A stretch of DNA of 64,000 nucleotides from Lama glama (taxonomy: Eukaryota), in contig CM052816.1 in NCBI GenBank assembly GCA_028534125.1, positions 39,248,001-39,312,000 of the forward strand, written 5' to 3'. The position numbers and the translations under genes are program-made. A model generated the notes under the pieces. That model saw only the letters and a program-made list of their open reading frames with translations. It was not told the origin of the DNA and searched no databases. Shown here piece by piece: positions 56,151 through 64,000 of the stretch (positions are counted from its first letter, which is position 1; each line of letters opens with the position of its first letter).

Positions 56151-58035
56151 TTATTTTTGTGGGATTCTTGTGACTTTTAATTCTTATTTAACTCATGTTT
56201 TGCTTACATGTGGGGAGTAAAGATGAGGATGGAGTAAGTGAAAGGAAGAAGAGAACAGTATGTGCTAGGAGAAGAAAGTTCAGTAAAAGCATCACACACA
56301 TCCTCATCACCACAGAGCTCTTAATAAAGAACTGTGACAGAGATACGGCAACTCTTTAGCTCTGGGGGAAGCGACTTCAACAGAATTCATCCTACATCAA
56401 ACTTGGCACACCTGGAACACTGGGCAATGCAGCTGTTATACAGCTGGGCAGATGAAAAGTTGGCTGTCCAGAGTCTACTTCCTAGCGTGTGATCAAAAGT
56501 TGTGTCCCTTCTCTGGTGTGATTACCTCCAGCAGAAAAGGACACCCCACCAACCATGGAACAATGAGAAACTGTTGGGCAAGACTCTTACAAAAGAGAAA
56601 GATTTCTTTTTTATATTTTCTGGTGATGTTAATTGAGCAGAAGTGACATCTTTTCCTTTTGGGCAGTAGCATTGTGTCCTGGTGATAAAATAATCTACAA
56701 TTAGCACTCGTAAAAAGGGTAGGAGAATGGAAACAGGCTTCCTTAGGACCTAGTCTAGTGGGAAGGGGACTGTGTGGGTTCTAAGAGTAACGGCATGAAA
56801 AAGCGAATTCTAATGAACTGACATAGATAAATAAGAACTTGGCTTTTTCTCTTCCTACAAATACACGCCTCTTCTAGTTTATACTACTAAATCTAAGGTC
56901 AGCTTAATTACAGCCTGGGTAACTATTATTGTGCTTTTAAAGTTAAGCTGAAAATCTCCACTCTTAATAGTTTCCTCTCCTAATACTACACTAATCTGTT
57001 TATTTTCCTGAGTGTTAGAAAGGGATATATGGAAATAAGACAGGGGTGAGAGAGAAAGTGTCCATCCAACAAACACCTATCATTTGCAACTAGTTCTATC
57101 AGAAGGGCGTCAGGTGTGGACCATTGACTTATCCTTGGCAGTGAGATGATACAGCTGAGTGAGAGCTGAGTATAGTGCGTTAACAAAGGTTTTCATTTTA
57201 ATTGACAGCAAACGATGATGATGACAGATATAGCACTTTAGTTTGGGCTTCCCTCGAACCTGAAACATCCATTGCTGTGAAGTCCGAGCTTTAGGGGAGA
57301 AAGCTGTATTCTTAGCAACTGCTTTGCGATCACTCTAGGACTGCAGTTTGCTCCAATCTGGGGTGTGGTTTTCTTATTAGAGAAAGTCTAAGTATTCAAC
57401 AGTAAATGAGACTGAAACCTTGACATTTATAGTGGTAACAGGTGTTTTGGTTCAGCAACAGGCTGTTTCACAAGTCAAACGTGTAATATTCCGTTTTAAG
57501 CAGTAACTATTTCAAGCAACAGAATTATATTTTTTGACTTAGAAATGGTGCTTTCTTCTTTATTGGAATTTCTCCGGTTTCTTAGTACATATTACTGCCT
57601 CCTCCAATATGTCTTTAAAACCGTCCCGTTTCTGGGCGGTTTTCTCTGAGACCACTTTAAATGTTCCGAGTCTCCAGGTGGTGCAACTTCTTGTGGGGCG
57701 TGGGCGGCGTGGGCGGCGTGGGCGTGGGCCGCGCAGCTGCTGCGGGCTGAGGCGGGCGGTTGAGTTCCGGTTCCGGTCCGTGGGGAAGCCGCCAGGCTCA
57801 GTTCCAACTGGACGGACGCTGCGGCAGGCGAGGCCCAGTGGAGCTGCTAGGCCGAGTTGCTGACCACGGAGAAACCACGTTGCGGCGGGACAGCGACTGT
57901 GTCGGCCCTGGAGAGACGCGAGGACCGGCCTGGAGGTAGGGAAGGCGGCGCGGGCGGTGCTCTGAGCTGGGGGGAGTGGGCTCAGGGGCCGCGCGCGGTG
58001 AGGCCGAGGCGAGGAGAGCGGCGCCAGGGCAGCCC
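56151..58035 (-). pseudogene. Processed retrocopy of an unidentified polyadenylated transcript (no long AUG ORF)
   Basis: Poly(A) remnant 56151-56158; ATTAAA at 56181-56176; TSD agccattcttt 56140-56150 / agcccgtcttt 58036-58046; TTT|AA L1 endonuclease-type site; interrupts an L1. Confidence 0.8.
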
Positions 58036-58045
58036 AGCCCGTCTT
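57600..58045. promoter_or_regulatory. CpG island with promoter-type motifs
   Basis: Dense CpG; (GCGTGGGCG)x3 at 57698-57724; GGGCGG boxes; tandem TTCCGG 57765-57776. Confidence 0.75.
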
Positions 58046-58166
58046 TAATAGTCAGGCTTCTAGTGACAAACTCTTTTTCACTCTTCCTTTGTCGGAGAAC
58101 ATCTTTATTTCTCCTTTCTTGTTGAAGGATAGTTTCGGTGGACCTCAGCTTTCGTACTTTGCTTTC

Positions 58167-58709
58167 TGTCAGGATTCCGGTAGTAGCAACTGCTGGGAAA
58201 CAAACTGCTTCACAAATCAGCAGTTTAAAATAACAAGCGTATATTTAACTGTGGTTCTGTAGGTGTGCAGGTCAGGCAGGACTCTGCCGCGGACTTGGTT
58301 TGTTTCAGCGGGGTTTCCTCCTTTATGTGAAGTCAGTTACAAGTGCCTGGGTAGTTGTGCTTTGTGAGTTGGTTGGCTCTGAGCCTGGGCGCCTTCGCTG
58401 CTCGCGTGTCTAGTCTTCTGCGTGCGTCTCTCGTGCTAGACCGGGTCACGTGGCAGTGATAGGGATACAGGAGAGAAAGGAAAACTTCCCAAGTTTCTTG
58501 AGGCTCAGGCATGGAATTGGCACAGCACAGTCTTCAGTTGCATTCTATTGGCTAAAGGCAAGTTCCACATCCATCTGTGTACACAGGGGTGTGGGGCCAG
58601 ATGCCACCCTTTAAAATGGGAGGATCAACGAAGTCAGATGGCAAAGCGAGTGGGTACAAATGGGAAGAGTGAAAAGGGTGGCGAGGCACTTCTGAAATAG
58701 TCTCTCGCA
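58167..58709 (-). mobile_element. MLT1G/H-like MaLR LTR
   Basis: ..gaggctcaggcatggaattggcacagcac..tgcattctattggctaaaggcaagt..tgggaggatcaacgaagtcagatggcaaag. Confidence 0.65.
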
Positions 58710-59586
58710 AATATCTTAGAATGCCAGGCCTCGCCTGCCATGGTGGGCCTTTGATGTAAAAAATGTTTTAATCATTTTTATTTATTCTCTTTGTTCTTAC
58801 TAGGAAGGTTGATCTGATACAATTTAATCCTCTGGAGTTAGAAGCAGAAAAGTCCTCCACTGATATTTTTAAAACATGAATTTTGGAAGAGGTGGTGTCA
58901 AAAGCTCAGAAAAAATGAAAACCAATGAATTGCTGAAGTAGTAATTAGTAAAAGCTCATTTTGCACACACCAGAAGATAGTTCGTGAACCAGGAGCACTC
59001 AAACCAAAACGTGGAATGAAGCTCAGGGGTATATTGTTATAAAGCAACTTGTATAGTGAGAAGGCCATGACTTAATTTTGCTTATGATTTCCAGAGGCAC
59101 AAACAAGAAATGGCCCAGCTGAAGGTAGTCTTGCAAAATCAGCTAAATTAAGCTCTGTTCATAGCAAACTGGTTTTGTCTGCTCAGGGAATTTTCCAGGC
59201 TGGTCTTGTTTTTTTTAACAGTGGAAAGATTATTTGCACTTTTGGAAAAGGTAACTATCTCATTCATAAGACTATAAATGATACAAACTGCTTCAAAAAA
59301 AGTTCAAAGCACCTTTGATTTCCTTTGTGTAAGATGAAAACAAGAATTAAGATAATTTTGCAACAGCTGCCTAATCAAGATAGAAATAGAGACATAACAG
59401 GAACATGGCAATCATTGTTGTGAGAGAGAAATAGCATATATTCAGGGAATCAAGATGAAGCCATGGATTTGTGTCCAACTTCATGACTGAGTAAATGAAC
59501 TGAGACATCAGGAACCACGGTAAACACAAGGAGAGGGGAAAGCAGAGTTCTTTACAGTGCTAATGCTTGTGTTTTTTTACTATTGA

Positions 59587-60124
59587 TGTTGCAGAAAAAT
59601 GTGTTACAGCTCGGTGTTACAGTTCAGTTGTGACAGCAACCTGGATCAGGGCGAGAAACCAAGCAGAACTCCGAGAGCTGGAGAACTCAGGTTTATTACG
59701 TCAGCGGGCCCAGAGGAGTTAACACTTCAAGCTCTGGACCCCGTCTGTAGGTTTACACAGGCCTTTTATAGGCTGCCAGTTTTACACTTTGCAACATCAT
59801 ATGCAAATAAAGTACAACAGAAGTTGACCAACCAGGAACAAGCTTTGTAGAAATAGACCAATCAGGAGTGAGCTCCTTGCAAATGAAGTACTACAAATGG
59901 ACCAATCAGAAGTTAGGAAAGTGGACCAATCAGAAGTGAGAGTAGTAACCAATCAGGAGTGAAGGAAAGTGAGCTCAGGGAACCAATAGAATTCTAGGTG
60001 TAAGCAGCTTTAGAGGCAAAAAGTGAGATAGAGCCTCTGGGCCAGGGAACTGGAGGCTAGTGGGAGGAGAGCAGCAGCCCTGCCTAGCGGTTCTGCCAGT
60101 CTTTTTATGGGGCTTCCTGCCTCA
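59587..60124 (-). mobile_element. ERV1-class solo LTR, intact, 4-bp TSD
   Basis: TG..CA ends; TSD ttga 59583-59586 / 60125-60128; minus-strand TATAAAA 59770-59764 and AATAAA 59697-59692; five CCAAT boxes. Confidence 0.85.
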
Positions 60125-60369
60125 TTGAAATGGAATTATTTTCTTAGGCTAAAGAGCAACAGTGAGGCAGGTCACACACTCTTACATTTAGTTAGCCCAA
60201 ATTCAACACTGTATTTCTCATGACCTTTCTTTTACAATATGTAACAGGACAGTTCTTTATAGTGGTTTGTAATAAAAGTAAATTAAAAGTCATTTTTCTT
60301 ATTGTATTATCACAAATATACAACTTAAGAAAATTGTGTTTTATTTGGGACTAACAGATACACTTTATG

Positions 60370-60560
60370 ATACATGAAGTAGATAAACAGAGGCCTACTG
60401 TATAGAACAAGAAACTATATTCAGTTTCTTATTATGAGCTGCAATGGAAAAAAACCTGAAAAATTATATATGTATGTATATGTATAACCAAATCCCTTTG
60501 CTATATACCTGAAACAAACATTATAAATTGACTGCACATCAATTAAAAATAAGAATTAAA
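60370..60560 (+). mobile_element. L1 3' end fragment
   Basis: agataaacagaggcctactgtatagaacaagaaactatattcag..tttgctatatacctgaaac. Confidence 0.7.
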
Positions 60561-61639
60561 CATCATGAAAAAAACCCAAAAATTATCCCTAGTCTAGATA
60601 TCTTTCCTACCAGGAAAGATAACTAGACTATTTGCTTTGTAAATAATAAAAACAAATATAAATATATTGTAGTTCATACAGCGAGCACAATTTTTTTTCA
60701 AGTGTCAACATGGATGTGAAAAGAATTAAACAGGAAAACTGAAATCAATCCTAATAAGTATAGTAATGAGAGTAAGTGATGCAAACTTTTTCTTGATAGC
60801 AGAGAGTCTCAGGTTTGACTGTTGAAAACCACTGTAATTCAACAACATAGCATTTGCAAGCTAGAGATCTTGGAAAAACATTAGGTAACAATGAAAGATA
60901 CAGTGAATTGAATTCAATTAAAATTAAAGGAAAGCATGGATAACAAATAATAAAATACAATAACAATAATCATTATGTAATAACAAATAGAAGTCTTAAT
61001 GCTGAATAATATAAAACCAAAATGTAAAAAACAAATTTCTGTAAGCAAAAGAATTTATAAAAGTGTATTGTATTTGGAGAGTAAAAAAAAATAAATTGAA
61101 TCTGTAACTGATCAGGTAGATAAAATTTAAATGAGAACCTGCTGTATAATAAGCACCAAAATAATCTTTAGTTAAATTGATATAAATACTTCAGTAAATA
61201 AGTAGAACCAATAGATGTATGTTGTATTTTATATGGTGTAGTCAGTAGTTTTTCATATATTCATGGGATGTTTTCCACCAATGCCAAATATTACATACTA
61301 GACCACAAAAAGTTTAATAAATGTTTAAAAAATACTGATGTAAAATATAAACCAAAAAAAATCAAGAAACTCTGCTAAACACATGGGGAAAGATGATGGA
61401 GCTGATTAAAGGAATTCTGGTCCTTATTTTAATATTTCCCAAGATCGTTCCAGATGGCCAGCATGAGTTAAAATATATTTTTGATAATCATGTTAAAGTA
61501 CCACTTTCCATCAACAGTAAATTAAAAAAATACACTGCAATGAAGATTTTCACTGGAGATTTATATAAAATCTGTAATTTTTTTCATGAAACACAATAAA
61601 AAGGAAAACAAAGTTATATATATCTTATAAATCTCTTCC

Positions 61640-62870
61640 CTCCCTCCCTCACCTCGGGCATCCATCTGTTTGTTCACTGTATCCATGACTCTGTTTCAGC
61701 TTTGTTCTATTTGTTCATTTTTGTTTTTTAGATTCCCCATATAAGTGAAGTCATACAGTATTTGTCTTTCTGTCTGACTTCACCATTCATAATATCCTCT
61801 AGATCCATCCATGTTGTCACGAATGGCAAGATTTTATTCTTTTTTTTATGGCTGAGAATTGTTTCATTGTATATATAGACATCTTGTTTATTCATTCATC
61901 TGTTGACAGGCACTTTGGTTGCTTCCATATCTTGGCTATTGTAAATAACAGTGAACAGTGTGAACAGTGGGGTACATATATCATATTTTTTGGACAAATA
62001 ACCATGAGTGGAATTTCTTGATTGTATGGTATTTTTTTTACTTGGGTTGTTTGTGTGTTTAATGTTGAGTTGCATGAGTTCTTTGTATATCTTGGACAGT
62101 AACCATTATTGGCTATGTCATTTGCAAATGTCTTTTCGCATTCAATGGGCAGCCTTTTTATTTTGTTAATAGTTCCCCTTCACTGTGCAGAAGTTTTCTG
62201 GTTTGATTAGGTCCCATTTGTTTATTTTTGCTTTTGTTTTTTTTGCCTGAGGAGACAGATCCAAATAATACTACTCATATGTCAGAGAGTGTACTGCCTA
62301 TGTTTTCTTCCAGAAGCTTTGTGGCCTCAGGTCTTATATGTAAGTCTTTAATACATTTTGAATTTATTTTTGTATATGATGTGAGACACTAGTCTAGTTT
62401 GATTGTTTTGCATGGAGCTGTCCAGCTTTCCCAGTACCATGTATTGAAGAGTCTGTCTTTTCCCCATTATGTATTCTTGCCTCCTTTGTCATAGATTAAT
62501 CACTCATAAAAAGGCGGGTTCATTTCTAGGCTCTCTGTTCTGTTTCATTAATCTGTGTGTCGATTTTTGTGCCAGTACCATAATGCTTTGATGACTGTAG
62601 CTTTAGTTTGAAATTAGGGAGTGTGATATCTCCAGCTTTGTTCTTTAGATTATTTTGGCAGTTCTTGGGTCTTTTGTGTTTCCATACAAATTTTAGAATT
62701 ATTTGTTCTAGTTCTGTGAATAATACCATTGGTATTTCCATAGGGATGGCATTGAAGCTGTAGGTTGCTTTGGGTAGTGTGGTCATTTTCACAATATTAA
62801 TAAGCAACATATCTTTCTGTCTGTTTTTGTCATCTTCATTTTCTTTCATCAGTGTCCTATAGTTTTGACT
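61640..62870 (-). mobile_element. L1 ORF2/3'UTR fragment
   Basis: ORF track [45 protein letters not shown] = L1 ORF2. Confidence 0.9.
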
Positions 62871-64000
62871 TTATTCTTCATCTTATACTTGGTGCTTTTC
62901 TCACCAGCCCAATTCAGGCTTCTGCTGAGGGAAAGGCAACAAGAGAAGATAAGCAAGACACCAGGTTTAGAGGAAGACGCTCATGTACTTATAGAATTCC
63001 CTGAGCCAGCTCAAGAATAGACAGAGTGACTTTACTTTCTTTTTCAGGTCTCTGTATCTGGTGACTTAGTGTCACTTGTCGGTAATAAGACCCCGAGTGG
63101 AGCCACAATACCCGCGGCTTCACGCTCGTTGTTGTCCAGGGCAGCTGTAGACATGTACCTTTCTTTTACTCTGAGGCTTATTCAAGTGGTGTCCACATTT
63201 GACTGTTTCAGTAAAGGAACGTTAAACAATGAAAAGGTGTATGTGATGAGAGTAAAACTAGTTGAAGAAGACCCATGAAAGTAGTCAGAAAGATGAATGT
63301 TATCCAAGGGTTCTATGTTCATTAACCAATTAGGATTTTCATATCAGTTGTACTGTCAGACCAAATGGGTAAGTTTTTCAGAGCCTGCCCTGTGAGCTCA
63401 ACTGACAATCACAAAATTAGGCTGCATGCTTTTCAAATTCATACACATCACCAGCAATAAAAATTCTGAAGTCTGAATAAGTTTGCAATTACACTGGTGC
63501 ATAAGGAAGATCAGAACACAAAGGGCTAGTCTTTGCAGTACTCACTTTCTTCATCAAGGCTTCCAGGAAGTAAGGGCATTGGTACTGTTCTATACATTTA
63601 TGAGGGAGCTGGGAGGGGCTCAGCTATGACTTTGTATCAAGGTGAAAATCCAGAGGTAAAAGGCTTGTGTCTCTTTGGTTAACCTTGTGAACATCTCCCG
63701 TATTCCTCTCTGCAGAGCTGGCCCTCCCCATGATGGCTGCTGGCTGTGAAAAGCATGGGTGTGTGTCTGTCACTGTGGCTGATGCCCACCTCTACAATGC
63801 CATTGTCAGTGCCTTAACCTAGGTTCTGATAGTCACAAAGTTGGGACCCAAAGTGATGGGTGCTGTAGCCCCTACAGCTGTGCTGAGTGTTTAGGACTGG
63901 GGAGAATGTTGATTTTCTGATTCAAGCTTATATTTTCTTAAAGACTAGAACCAAACATAGTATGTCATGAATATGGCTCAAGTATATATGCTTGCAGCCC

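Noticed and set aside
57600..58045. CpG island as the native promoter of a neighbouring conserved gene
   Set aside because: It lies inside a TSD-bounded, poly(A)-tailed insert that splits an L1, so it was imported; I found no downstream coding exons in the window.
57592..58048. ORF-track peptides in the CpG island (71, 84, 63 aa)
   Set aside because: Low-complexity Arg/Gly/Ala translations expected from GC-rich DNA; no recognisable homology.
63400..63880. LTR-like sequence (also ~43040-43212 and ~58896-59220)
   Set aside because: Family and boundaries could not be supported well enough to call.

Overview
Mammalian genomic DNA, AT-rich. The L1 3' ends look cetartiodactyl and I see no Alu/B1/Bov-tA/PRE1/SINEC, which suggests a camelid (inference). 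369-25225 (+) holds the last 11 coding exons of the organic anion transporter SLCO4C1/OATP4C1. They splice into an intact frame of about 520 codons and include one GC-AG intron; the likely 3'UTR runs to about 28.3 kb. The rest is intergenic and rich in L1, L2, MIR, LTR and DNA-transposon relics. Two non-routine structures stand out. (1) A four-exon, minus-strand, disabled gene at about 30.9-35.5 kb, convergent with SLCO4C1, whose phase-compatible exons join into a signal-peptide + basic-cleavage-site precursor that I cannot name. (2) A 1.9-kb retrocopy (56151-58035, minus) of a polyadenylated transcript with no long AUG ORF. It splits an old L1, has a TSD, poly(A) remnant and ATTAAA signal, and carries a still CpG-rich promoter-like island. 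Repeat family names and exon numbering come from recalled consensus/human sequences, not from a search; repeat boundaries are approximate unless TSDs are given.
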